A DNA stretch of 60,531 nucleotides from a virus (IMGVR_UViG_3300044457_000011:1-60531), one strand, 5' to 3'. Shown: positions 10,301-17,046, counted from the stretch's first letter. Notes: generated by a model not told the origin, from the letters alone. Numbers and translations are program-made.

Positions 10301-11573
10301 GATACGCTTCGCCCAATATACTGGCGAGGAGCCTAACGCGGGCCTGATCTCCTACCGGACGCTGGCCACCGACGCGCTGGCCCTGGTTGGCGCTGGCGCA
10401 TCCGCCGCCGGCCGCCTCATCCGGCTGTATGACGATGTAGTGGTTGCCCGTAATATGGCCGTCGATGGCACTTTATCCGCAGCGGGCGGGTTCGGCACGA
10501 ACGCCCTGCGCGTCATCAACGGCACGATGAATACCCAGGTATTCATCGGGAACGTCGGGCCGCGCCTATCCTTGGGGAATAACACGGACCACGCCACCTC
10601 AACCATGCGCTTGAACCTCGTCCTGGCGACCGGCCCCGGCGCGCAATACGGCCTCGCCAACGGGCATGCGTGGCTGTTCCTGGAACAAGCTGGTGGCGCG
10701 ATCAATATCGGGGTGCATCCAAACCAGACCATGCGAATCAGCGCCGGGAATGTCCTGATTACCGGGATCACCGCTGCCAACGCGGCGCTTACAATCGCCA
10801 CTGGATATATCGATTCGGGCGGGGGCTTTTATAGCGGGTCACCGGAGGCCGACTCGGTGCAAACAGTTGGTGGTTTCAAGGGAGCCAGATACACCTTCAC
10901 TAAAATCGCCTCACCGGGCGGGTCCGCTGTGAACGAGGCGCACATCTTTACCGATGGCGCGGCCCTCTGGGCATCGGTAAATGGCGGGACGCTGGTTAAC
11001 CTGATGTTGGCGGGCAGTGGCGGGGGCGGCGGGGCCGTCTCATCCGTGTCCGGCGGCACTGGCGTGACAGCGACCCCGACCACAGGCGCGGTGGTTGTTT
11101 CCATTGGCCAGAACGTGGCCACCAATGCCAATGTCACATTTAACGCTGTTACCACTGCGGGCGTCCATCAGTCCCAAGCCACGGGGACGAACGCCACATT
11201 CCAGAACACCAATTTCAACTTCAACGTGAATGGGAACGGAGCGGTAAGCGCCGTTGGAGCGATCAACTCCAGCACTGGCTTTAACGTCAAGAACAACGCG
11301 ATCATCTACCTGAACGGCACGACGAACGTAGAGATCGTCTCTAACAGGTACGCCTGTTATGGCAACCTCGCCGACGCCAGCATTTACTCCGACGGCGGGA
11401 TCACCTCCAACATGAACATGTACGCGAAGCAATTCGTTGTCAGGCTGGCAAATGGCACAACCCTGCCGGGTGTTGAGGACGAAGAGATTGAGATTCCAGG
11501 GGGGTTTCTGGTTCGGGGGGTACTCAGAACGAAGTTCCGAGTAAGCGGCGGGTTAGTAGTGAATGTCAATTAG
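4383..11573 (+). CDS. Large tail fibre/tailspike with N-terminal pectin-lyase-like beta-helix and repeated fibre modules
   Basis: 2396 aa. YLPWGVYPV...LIGDG beta-helix cap and Asn-rich rungs; repeated SVQ(W/F)ND.G.F.G modules; G/T/A-rich; overlaps the tip gene stop. Confidence 0.85.
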   Translation: MPDIQFPDASPYNPNVKFGERPSAFDFVPDQFWAGIRAGTGTTDLTGWVQDGLDSLGSVGGGILYLPWGVYPVRDLDVPAGVELIGDGRRRTFLRRQATLPPDRGLLNFAGDGSAVRKLAIDGMVVTPAAYTYAELTDPMEYKLTVDTSIWIHGGASDISIEQTLIYHTGGYAIAVDSRTGDIRRVLVSDADFENNRPNLAGMPGDLTAGGWGGGIHYQGDGVSHAVNGLHVDKSRFRRGTGNQLWGHLYDFGKLHTDIKATGCHFTDIGRDGIMLGGVSGGVVSDCHFRRIGYVCTDDTAPIGTPKWVSNQWAVGLDTAGLVRGVNYTNNTFLNCLGACMDGDGYAEGTVSGNICRVSKPDEPEYAEDNVAAWPKDSEKPSASYCYGFQTSNSNGIDWAARGANITGNYFYNLGLGAIRLYSARKCSAWGNTIWHPDESLAVPILMGNIGAGENQRAQDNSIGENTVHWNPAGQNPVVFEDRNTFAFASTDKNWVAGQRMFGTGMYEFRKDADTASITGRVYSSNVGGLTSRSENYLQREDGYLRMYGGDDALFTLLDQHLIANVGAGTTGGPLFNVSLNGVGGVITTGGRTTVVLDDVMATGVLYADQFFALTYATPFLDAKANLFDANTGLMRYNAVAKKFQISTAGGAGAGPRVWVDLGAGGSGAPGGPDQSVQWNDGGVFGGSADFLFNRTSKLLLVTEAIATGTRSALPISDVMATGVLYADQFLGLTYTAPFPDAKADLFDDTTGLMRYNSAVKRFQISTAGGAGAGPRVWVDMSAAGGGPGGPDQAVQWNDDGIFGGDADLVFNRTSKILRSTVALSTGARDSLAIADIVATGVLYGDCFLSLTNTTFDDTKANLLNDNWGLLRYDRTAKNFQVSTSVSAGARVWVNTNLQPVTPGSPLQSVQFNDDGVFAGNAEFSWNKTSKMLVVVGAIATGARTSLPFDDSLATGVVAADTFLSLTDTVPDPTKSNILPATYGLIRYLSADKKFQTSNSVTGFPAVRVWNDLYTGAAPVPGAPLQSVQFNDNSAFAGSANFSWNKTSNTLVVVGAIGLGVRTALPMTDLIASGVMSVDNFSTFTDGTFDGTKANLFDGSYGLIRFDKTLKKFQISTTVTTGPNARVWVDLYTGGAVVPGGVTNSVQYKTATGTFGGDSHITWDSVARILTVEGDTNNAASIYSSYGWIQSEHGFYSPMPVSDNVVNIPNGGVTARNLISIRDDEGPALKLARTTGSGGQSADFQWRIDAMGAMVLKDSKNSLDRLTLEQNGTFSFSGGDTNFVDISSTSGFVLASTSVSAPLLRASNANDTAIQATAGGIQVKSGAQVGQALYLKAYPDPLAGLNNPPTTEFGVAATFGGLAYKSGTQYRVWNGSAWTTVDFATVGGGVTSITGTANQIAATPATGAVTLTLPQDIAPISSPTFSYLNVTNVLYVRNVAGDMANYLRLFAYANTFYIAAVSSAGAGVGSALSFRTAPAQGDEIDRLRIGPTGTVYIFPFYQDDNNSGAILQVTGSVTATTGFNALTNTAPDAIQAKGGGVWAKKLIGDMALYMLGNAASSSLNNPSGTYGGLAYKSGTEYWLWNGVAWVSINFATVGGGVTSITGRVNQITASQATGAVQLTLPQDIATTSTVTFSSVYVTESVYVGNTGGDLNTTFRLDGAGGNVYLIAEGNLASAGAGIFFRTTVPGGTTGVDRVAINPYGQFLINTTGDGNGLNTTLQVGGFISTDSGLFTKSAATAPAAVPVSTYGGLAHRFGTTWWVTNASNVWTIVDLAGGSPGGQNGAVQFNSNSAFGGDGNLLWFDVQKGLSVGSGVMHTDGRLSASGIVYIGNGGDYLCLYQHTNDLLAIQTVIDNRNISSYFSGDGGAEASNVLVLQPFRGHVLITTTVAYDSARLSVAGSGYFWSQNPAQVALNIRAASGQTANLQEWKNYGGTPLTWVAPTGITTAPSFSAVTYQTPGVSVTIGQYYAREIRFAQYTGEEPNAGLISYRTLATDALALVGAGASAAGRLIRLYDDVVVARNMAVDGTLSAAGGFGTNALRVINGTMNTQVFIGNVGPRLSLGNNTDHATSTMRLNLVLATGPGAQYGLANGHAWLFLEQAGGAINIGVHPNQTMRISAGNVLITGITAANAALTIATGYIDSGGGFYSGSPEADSVQTVGGFKGARYTFTKIASPGGSAVNEAHIFTDGAALWASVNGGTLVNLMLAGSGGGGGAVSSVSGGTGVTATPTTGAVVVSIGQNVATNANVTFNAVTTAGVHQSQATGTNATFQNTNFNFNVNGNGAVSAVGAINSSTGFNVKNNAIIYLNGTTNVEIVSNRYACYGNLADASIYSDGGITSNMNMYAKQFVVRLANGTTLPGVEDEEIEIPGGFLVRGVLRTKFRVSGGLVVNVN
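6131..7860 (+). repeat. About five tandem ~118-aa modules in the fibre
   Basis: GGPDQSVQWNDGGVFGG-type motif starts at 6393, 6747, 7092, 7446 and 7800 (period 345-354 bp), each preceded by ...GL(M/L/I)R(Y/F)...FQ.S...RVW. A further copy of the motif is at ~9723. Confidence 0.9.
8454..9720 (+). repeat. Second fibre repeat family (GGLAYKSGT.Y..WNG..W...FATVGGGVTSITG..NQI.A..ATGAV.LTLPQDIA)
   Basis: Full copies at ~8454 and ~9087; partial copy at ~9627. Confidence 0.85.
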
Positions 11574-11586
11574 GAGCGCACAACCA

Positions 11587-11928
11587 ATGATTACAATGCC
11601 CATTCGCGCGAGGCTCAACGTCTCCGCCATCGTCGGCCAGCAGAAGGTCAGCATGACTGACCTGCATGTACTGAACGACCTTTCCAAGAAAGTCACCGTG
11701 CCTGATGAGGTGCGCGAGACGATTATGCGGGATCTCGGCAATGGCCAGGCGATCCTCGACGCCGAAGCGATGAAAACCATACCCGATGCCGAAATCGCCC
11801 TGGAGAAAGCGGAGATCCGCAAACTGAAACAAGTCTTGAAGGACTGGACCCAGTACGGGGCGGCCGACTTGGAATGGCTTGATCCGCTTATGAAGCAATT
11901 GGAGGAGCCCGCCACCGTCACACAGTAG
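11587..11928 (+). CDS. Hypothetical protein, possible fibre assembly chaperone
   Basis: AGGAG upstream of ATG 11587; small helical protein directly after the fibre gene. Function inferred from position only. Confidence 0.6.
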   Translation: MITMPIRARLNVSAIVGQQKVSMTDLHVLNDLSKKVTVPDEVRETIMRDLGNGQAILDAEAMKTIPDAEIALEKAEIRKLKQVLKDWTQYGAADLEWLDPLMKQLEEPATVTQ

Positions 11929-11937
11929 ACTTATGGA

Positions 11938-11972
11938 AGCCGCCGCGGCGTGGGTCAAGCGGCGGCTCCTTC
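11938..11972 (+). terminator. Hairpin closing the tail operon
   Basis: AGCCGCCGC...GCGGCGGCT stem just after the stop codon; weak U-tract. Confidence 0.45.
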
Positions 11973-12081
11973 ACGAATCGGGTCTGCGTTCAACCGCCGG
12001 CAGGGGACGACCCAACGGCATGGGACCTGGCGGCGGCTATCAACGCTCGGGCCTCTGCCACCGGTTGAGCGCAGACCTCGT
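11973..12081 (+). ncRNA. Candidate structured RNA or DNA hairpin element, unassigned
   Basis: 16-bp outer stem GGTCTGCGTTCAACCG/CGGTTGAGCGCAGACC, inner stem GGCAGGGG/CCTCTGCC, and two small hairpins; mismatches read as G-U pairs on the + strand. Confidence 0.4.
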
Positions 12082-12087
12082 ACCTAG

Positions 12088-12315
12088 CTAGTGTCGGCGC
12101 GGCCGCCGAGGCCCACGATCGGACGCGCGGTTGGTGGCGTCCTGCAGCGCGCGCTTCATGGTGTCCAGCCCGGCCAGCGCGGACGCGTTGTGAATACTGA
12201 CGAGGTAGTTACGGCGATCGTTTTCGGGTTCCGACCGGTTCGGCATGCTGGTGAGCATTTTGAGCTCGGCCCGCTCGGCATCTGTCAGCGATCGGTAGCT
12301 CGTCGTTTTCATCAT
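12088..12315 (-). CDS. Hypothetical protein
   Basis: 75-aa ORF with plausible composition; no motif recognised. Confidence 0.5.
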   Translation of the reverse strand: MMKTTSYRSLTDAERAELKMLTSMPNRSEPENDRRNYLVSIHNASALAGLDTMKRALQDATNRASDRGPRRPRRH

Positions 12316-12450
12316 GAGAGTGCTGGCCTCGCAGCCATTCTAGCCGCTTGCGATGGTGCGATTCGCTATACTGACGCGAGCCAACTTCCGGGTGCGGGTT
12401 TCCCTAAAGGCCCGCGCTCCAATAACTAGAGCGTTCCTACCCGAACGCCA

Positions 12451-12486
12451 AAGGGGCGGGCCTCTACCGCCCCTTAGTTTTTTTTT
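12451..12486 (+). terminator. Rho-independent terminator
   Basis: AAGGGGCGG-loop-CCGCCCCTT followed by AG and T9. Confidence 0.8.
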
Positions 12487-12643
12487 CGGCCGGCGGGAAA
12501 CATTCGCGAAGCGTCGAAAATTTTCCGGGTTCGTGGCTCCTCTCTCGCCGACCAGGGCCAATACGGATGCGGAAGGCCGCGGTTGGACGAGATCGCGGGC
12601 TGGATGGCCCTTCGATTGCCTACCCCCACCCACCCCCCCTAAC

Positions 12644-12790
12644 GGGTCCTTCCCCGCCCCCCGGGTCCTTCACGGGTTTCACCTCTGCGAAGTCGCGGTA
12701 GTTAGCTGACGATTTTTCTGGGTTGTCAAATTGGTGGGTTGACAACCAGTGGGTTTACAAAATGGCCCAAATCGCAGGTTTGGGTTGACA
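12644..12790 (+). other. Candidate lambda-type cos region (cosQ-like GGGTCCT, cosN-like segment, four direct repeats)
   Basis: GGGTCCT at 12644 and 12663; CACGGG...CGCGG; TGGGTT(G/T)(A/T)CA at 12719, 12735, 12750 and 12781; apparently non-coding region. Confidence 0.5.
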
Positions 12791-13017
12791 CGCCGGCGCA
12801 GGCGCAAAACGGCGCGGAATGAGGTCGCCGCCAAGGGTGAGGGGGTCACCCGATTCGCCTGGCCTGGCTAGGCGGCTAGATTTCAGCATGCCGCGTCCAG
12901 GCGGTGCGATGCAACGGAAAAGTGACTAACACTTTGGTCTAAAACGCTCTCTGCGTACGAACGGCGCCGCTCTCCACCGTGCCATGCTGATCCCGAAGGA
13001 GAATGAAAGGTGTACCA

Positions 13018-13479
13018 ATGAGCAAATTTGTGAGCCCTGAACCGGACGAAAACGCAACCGTCCATGACGCAGAAGTGCTGGTAGCCCAGCGCAGTCTGGT
13101 AAGTTTGCCCTACTATGGCATCTGCGCCGTGGGAGGCAACCAGATCATCGACCAAGACGACTTCGCCGCTAACGGGATCGACGGCAGCGAAGCTGTTAAC
13201 GTCAACATTCGCATCGTGCCGCCTCCCGACAATCCGACCTCCGCCTCGGTGAGCGGCTTCGGCGGGTACATCAACGTGGGCCGTACGGTTAAGGAACTTG
13301 GTGAAGCTCCGAGCATCCGGCAAGGGGTCATCGCTATGATCGAGAACGAGAACAACCAGATCGGCGTGGTCTACCATCCAGGGGAGGCTGAGGCCAAAGT
13401 GAACAACACACCGGGAGTCTGGGATGCCGCGGACGTGGCATTCGAGGAAGCCTGGGTCAAAGCTGGTAAGAACGCTTAA
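13018..13479 (+). CDS. Hypothetical protein
   Basis: GAAAGG upstream of ATG 13018; 153 aa, acidic, phage-typical codon use. Confidence 0.75.
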   Translation: MSKFVSPEPDENATVHDAEVLVAQRSLVSLPYYGICAVGGNQIIDQDDFAANGIDGSEAVNVNIRIVPPPDNPTSASVSGFGGYINVGRTVKELGEAPSIRQGVIAMIENENNQIGVVYHPGEAEAKVNNTPGVWDAADVAFEEAWVKAGKNA

Positions 13480-13564
13480 CCAACGCGGCACCTGATCGCA
13501 CCGTGGGCGGATCCGCCTCCGCCCCGATGCTTTCCTGGGTGCCCGAAGTCGTCACAGGTTAACC

Positions 13565-13819
13565 ATGACGCCAGCCTGGGTCCATCTAGTTGATCTGTCC
13601 CTTGCCGCGGCGATCGCGGCGGCCGCCGGGTATGGGATGTTTCGGTTGTTCGCCTCCACCGAAGAGGCGCGGCGGGCGCAAATGACCGAGTTCGTAAAGA
13701 TCCTGATTGACCAGATGGTGAAACGGCAAGACGAACAAGCGGCGGCAATCAGCGAGTTGAAGGACGCGGCTCTCTCGCTACGTGACGAGATCCGCTTCGG
13801 CCGCAGGGAGAACGGATGA
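13565..13819 (+). CDS. Single-TM coiled-coil membrane protein, holin-like
   Basis: N-terminal hydrophobic helix LVDLSLAAAIAAAAGYGMF followed by a charged heptad region. Confidence 0.5.
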   Translation: MTPAWVHLVDLSLAAAIAAAAGYGMFRLFASTEEARRAQMTEFVKILIDQMVKRQDEQAAAISELKDAALSLRDEIRFGRRENG

Positions 13820-13986
13820 CGGCCGCGATCGCCTATTGCCGGGCTCAGCAACTTCGGGCGGCCGGTGAGATTGTTGAGTTTGGATGGAACGAGCGCGGCG
13901 CCGTCCTCGGGATGGCGGATTACTTCGCCGAGGAGTTCCTTCTCGAGCAGGGTCTGGCGGCCGATCCTGAGCTCGTGCCGCGATAG
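13816..13986 (+). CDS. Hypothetical protein, 56 aa (below the ORF-track cutoff)
   Basis: ATGA overlap with the upstream stop; MTAAIAYCRAQQLRAAGEIVEFGWNERGAVLGMADYFAEEFLLEQGLAADPELVPR. Confidence 0.6.
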   Translation: MTAAIAYCRAQQLRAAGEIVEFGWNERGAVLGMADYFAEEFLLEQGLAADPELVPR

Positions 13987-13995
13987 CGCGGATCT

Positions 13996-14029
13996 GGACA
14001 TATGCCGCGAAAGTCACGACTGTCCAGAT
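13996..14029 (+). repeat. Dispersed 34-bp motif, copy A
   Basis: GGACATATGCCGCGAAAGTCACGACTGTCCAGAT. Confidence 0.9.
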
Positions 14030-14057
14030 CCGCTATCGCGGGAACCGTCCCGGTTAG

Positions 14058-14672
14058 TTACTTCGGACTGGGCGTCGGCGGGCCCGAAGGCAGTTGCGCC
14101 GGCCGCAGGCCGAAGTCGGGGCCGATCTCGGGGATCCAGATCCAGATGGGCTGGGTGGGTTTATCGCCGCCGCATCCGCCGCCGGTGACCGGGACGCCGT
14201 ACGACGGATCGACCGGCACCCAGTGGCCGGGCAAGGAGTTATCCGGCCGCGCCGGGTTGACTGGCACGCCGAAACCGGGATCGACCGGAAGCCAGCCGAA
14301 GACCGGGGGCAAACCGTAGCCGGGATCGACCGGCACCCAGCTTCCCGGGTAACTCGGCAGGTGGGAGGGGCGCAGGCCGCCGACGCCCCATTCCGGATCG
14401 ATGGGGAGGATGGGGACGCCGGGGGGTTTGATGGGATGAGTGGGACGCAGGCCGCCTTGGCCGTAGCCGGGGTCGACCGGGAATCCGCCGCCAGGGGCGA
14501 TGGGGTGAGAGGGGCGCAGGCCGCCCTGGCCGTAGCCAGGATCGACCGGTAATCCGCCGCCAGGGGCGATGGGATGAGCGGGGAAGCCTTCGTCAATGCC
14601 CCAGCCCGGGTCGACCGGACCGCCGGGGCCGCTGGTGTCACGGACCCAGCCGATAATTCTTCTCCAAGACAT
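14058..14672 (-). CDS. Pro/Gly-rich repeat protein (PVDPG[WYF]G and P[AST]HPI repeats)
   Basis: AAGGAG upstream of the ATG; seven P(V/I)DP.(W/Y/F)G units and a ~60-bp DNA period. Confidence 0.8.
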   Translation of the reverse strand: MSWRRIIGWVRDTSGPGGPVDPGWGIDEGFPAHPIAPGGGLPVDPGYGQGGLRPSHPIAPGGGFPVDPGYGQGGLRPTHPIKPPGVPILPIDPEWGVGGLRPSHLPSYPGSWVPVDPGYGLPPVFGWLPVDPGFGVPVNPARPDNSLPGHWVPVDPSYGVPVTGGGCGGDKPTQPIWIWIPEIGPDFGLRPAQLPSGPPTPSPK

Positions 14673-14747
14673 GATGGTAAATCTCCTTACTTCTTAGGCG
14701 GCACATCGTGCGCCGCCCGTCCGCTATTATGCGGTTTGGACATGTTG

Positions 14748-14781
14748 GGGCATTTGCCGCGCGAGTCACGATTGTCTCGAT
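14748..14781 (+). repeat. Dispersed 34-bp motif, copy B
   Basis: GGGCATTTGCCGCGCGAGTCACGATTGTCTCGAT. Confidence 0.85.
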
Positions 14782-14849
14782 GGCGCATAAACGTCTCACG
14801 GAAAAGGCAGAATGTCTCATCGAAACGCATAATCGTGTCTGAGGAACGC

Positions 14850-15086
14850 ATGAACATGAATACTGACCGCGATTGGTTGTTGAAGAAGGCCGAGCAAGAG
14901 GATGGATGCGTGGTTTCCGTGGGCGGACTTGTCACCGCACTGGCTATTGACGGCGGTCATATATGGGAAGGCCGGTTGAACTTTTCCATGTGCCGAGTCT
15001 GCGGAATCATACGAAGGCGAGACGATAAAAACTCGCCATGCAAAGGCCCTACACGACTACGGTCCATGGAATCCGCCGAGGGTTGA
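14850..15086 (+). CDS. Hypothetical protein with H/C cluster (possible Zn binding)
   Basis: GAGGA upstream of ATG 14850; H.W...CRVC...C. Confidence 0.6.
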   Translation: MNMNTDRDWLLKKAEQEDGCVVSVGGLVTALAIDGGHIWEGRLNFSMCRVCGIIRRRDDKNSPCKGPTRLRSMESAEG

Positions 15087-15106
15087 GTTACGGCGGGAGG
15101 TTTGCG

Positions 15107-15523
15107 TTGAAACGACTTAAGCGGCTGTGGTGCTCATGGTTCGGCCATCATCCGTATGTTGGCGACTTTCTGAAAGGGCGTTGCCTGTTTTGCGGAGATT
15201 CGTGGGAATTAAGGTGGACCCCACCGCCGCCACCGCCACCGCCGCCGCCGCCGCCGAGACCTTCAAGCCAACGCAGCAGGTATACTCCGGTCATACGTAA
15301 ATTCACAGCGGTGATGCAAAACGGCTCACACATTAAGTACGTACAGATCGAAGCGAAGAATCTTTCGTCGACTCCGCACGGCGTAACCCTGCATACCGAA
15401 GATGACGCGCAAGTTGCCTTCTTTCCATCGGGCAACCTACTGGGCGTTTGGGATGCCGATTTGGAAGTCAAGCAGGCGGCCGCGGCGTATCCACCGCCAA
15501 CGAGATCCAGTGTGGTCGGTTAG
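15107..15523 (+). CDS. Hypothetical protein: N-terminal C/H zinc-knuckle-like segment, 12-Pro linker, beta-rich C-terminal domain
   Basis: GGAGG upstream of TTG 15107; LWCSWFGHH...CLFC; poly-Pro at 15221-15256. Confidence 0.65.
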   Translation: MKRLKRLWCSWFGHHPYVGDFLKGRCLFCGDSWELRWTPPPPPPPPPPPPRPSSQRSRYTPVIRKFTAVMQNGSHIKYVQIEAKNLSSTPHGVTLHTEDDAQVAFFPSGNLLGVWDADLEVKQAAAAYPPPTRSSVVG

Positions 15524-15573
15524 ACATTCTGGCGGCCGATCCGAAAATGTGCAGCGCGAGTAACAATAGCGGG

Positions 15574-15831
15574 ATGGCTAATCCCAAACGGTTATTGATG
15601 GCTGAGCAGTGGAATCTGTTCTCGAGGGCGATCGGACTCGCTGACAAGTCGGCAACGCAGCGCCGTGAAATGAGGCGGGCGTTTTATGCGGGCGCCCAGT
15701 GCATTTTGTTTCGGGTGATAGCGAGCTTCGCGCCGGAGGCCGAACCAACGGATGAGGATCTCGCGGTCATGCAAGGCATTGAAGATGAGCTTTCCGAATT
15801 TGCGGAGCTAGTGAAAAACGGCCGGGCCTGA
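15574..15831 (+). CDS. Hypothetical phage protein
   Basis: 85 aa containing QRREMRRAFYAGA, a pattern I associate with small phage hypotheticals. Confidence 0.7.
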   Translation: MANPKRLLMAEQWNLFSRAIGLADKSATQRREMRRAFYAGAQCILFRVIASFAPEAEPTDEDLAVMQGIEDELSEFAELVKNGRA

Positions 15832-15842
15832 ATCCGACTCGC

Positions 15843-16394
15843 TCAGTTCGGTACGCCCAGTGACCGGTTGAATAGCTTTGATGGACCGCTATACTCGTGC
15901 GGGCTGAAGAACACCTCTTCGCGGTTGCCGAGGACGATGCGGCCGTCCCGGCGATCAAACCTCTGGATCAGCCATATACAGCCGGCCGCCGATTCCGCGG
16001 AAACGGAGATGGCTTGCACACTTCCCTTCACATCGTCTTGTTTGACGGCCTCTTCGGACATTGTTCGGATTAACTTCTCGGGGTTATATGCGGGCGTAGT
16101 TGTTCCTTCGCAGTAGGTGATTTCAGTTGCTATTACTATCGCCGTCGCGCACAGTTCTTTCACTTGATCGGCCATGAAATCATAAAACCTGTGTACGGTG
16201 TCCCGGCTGGATAGCAGTAAAAATAGCGTCCGGTGAGGGAGATCAAGGAGAGCCGTCTGATTACCTTTTACCAGTTGAACTACGGGCCGCATGGGGACAT
16301 CAGTAGCGATCGGCACTTCGTCCTCCAGGCACACGAGCATCAAGTAGGCCAACTCGCGCAGATCATCTGGTCCTGGTGGTTCGGTTTGTTTCAT
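15843..16394 (-). CDS. Hypothetical protein
   Basis: 183 aa; GGAG upstream of the ATG; globular composition. Confidence 0.7.
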   Translation of the reverse strand: MKQTEPPGPDDLRELAYLMLVCLEDEVPIATDVPMRPVVQLVKGNQTALLDLPHRTLFLLLSSRDTVHRFYDFMADQVKELCATAIVIATEITYCEGTTTPAYNPEKLIRTMSEEAVKQDDVKGSVQAISVSAESAAGCIWLIQRFDRRDGRIVLGNREEVFFSPHEYSGPSKLFNRSLGVPN

Positions 16395-16412
16395 CGCTCC
16401 AGTATAGAGGCC

Positions 16413-16452
16413 AAGAAAAAGGGGCCACGTTCTGTGATACGTGGCCCGTTTT
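16413..16452. terminator. Probably bidirectional intrinsic terminator
   Basis: A-tract, GGGCCACGT-loop-ACGTGGCCC, then TTTT. Confidence 0.7.
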
Positions 16453-16564
16453 GCCGTTGGGTGTGGGCCTCATGCCATTAAGGGTGAGGTGACCGTGCCG
16501 CGCGCCCCTCTAATATCTCATGGCTCTCCCGATCCGGGTCCACATTGTTAGCCGGTTTAAGTAC

Positions 16565-16598
16565 GGACATTTACCGCGATTGTCCAGACTGTCTGGAT
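16565..16598 (+). repeat. Dispersed 34-bp motif, copy C
   Basis: GGACATTTACCGCGATTGTCCAGACTGTCTGGAT. Confidence 0.85.
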
Positions 16599-16668
16599 TA
16601 TGTGGTGGTTCCGGTAAGCGCCATTATCGGAAACCCGCGTTCTCAGTGTTTTCAACGGGTTGCGTGGT

Positions 16669-17046
16669 TCACGCCGCTTTGGGTTTCTTTTTCTTCCGTT
16701 CTGGCGGAGGCAACAGGGCGGCGCCGAGTATATGGCTGGTGCAGACGGGCGTGCCGGGGATATGGATCTTGGCGGACGGCCGTAGGGTGTACGTGGACTC
16801 CTCCATGACGCAAAAGCTCCAGCGCTGCGTCCACATCACTTTTCGGCGTCGGCCGCATTCGGCGCATGGCACCGGTTTGGAGTAGCGGATGAATGAAGTC
16901 GCGCGGTGCTGCTCCTCCGTAAAAAACGGGTTTGGTTTCGGGGGAAGGAATTCAACCAGCAGAGTCAACTCCTGCAGATCGATGCCGCTATCGTCGGCCG
17001 TGTGGTTTAGCTTTGTAGGCACTTTTTCTCCCTTGGTTTCGGTCAT
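16669..17046 (-). CDS. Hypothetical protein with CxxC...CxxH (possible Zn finger)
   Basis: CAEC...CTSH and a basic C-terminus. Confidence 0.65.
   Translation of the reverse strand: MTETKGEKVPTKLNHTADDSGIDLQELTLLVEFLPPKPNPFFTEEQHRATSFIRYSKPVPCAECGRRRKVMWTQRWSFCVMEESTYTLRPSAKIHIPGTPVCTSHILGAALLPPPERKKKKPKAA

Noticed and set aside
11981-12077. Twister, HDV-like or hammerhead ribozyme
   Set aside because: The minus strand has GGTCCCATGCC, but I could not build the required pseudoknots, and there is no CTGANGA/GAAA core.
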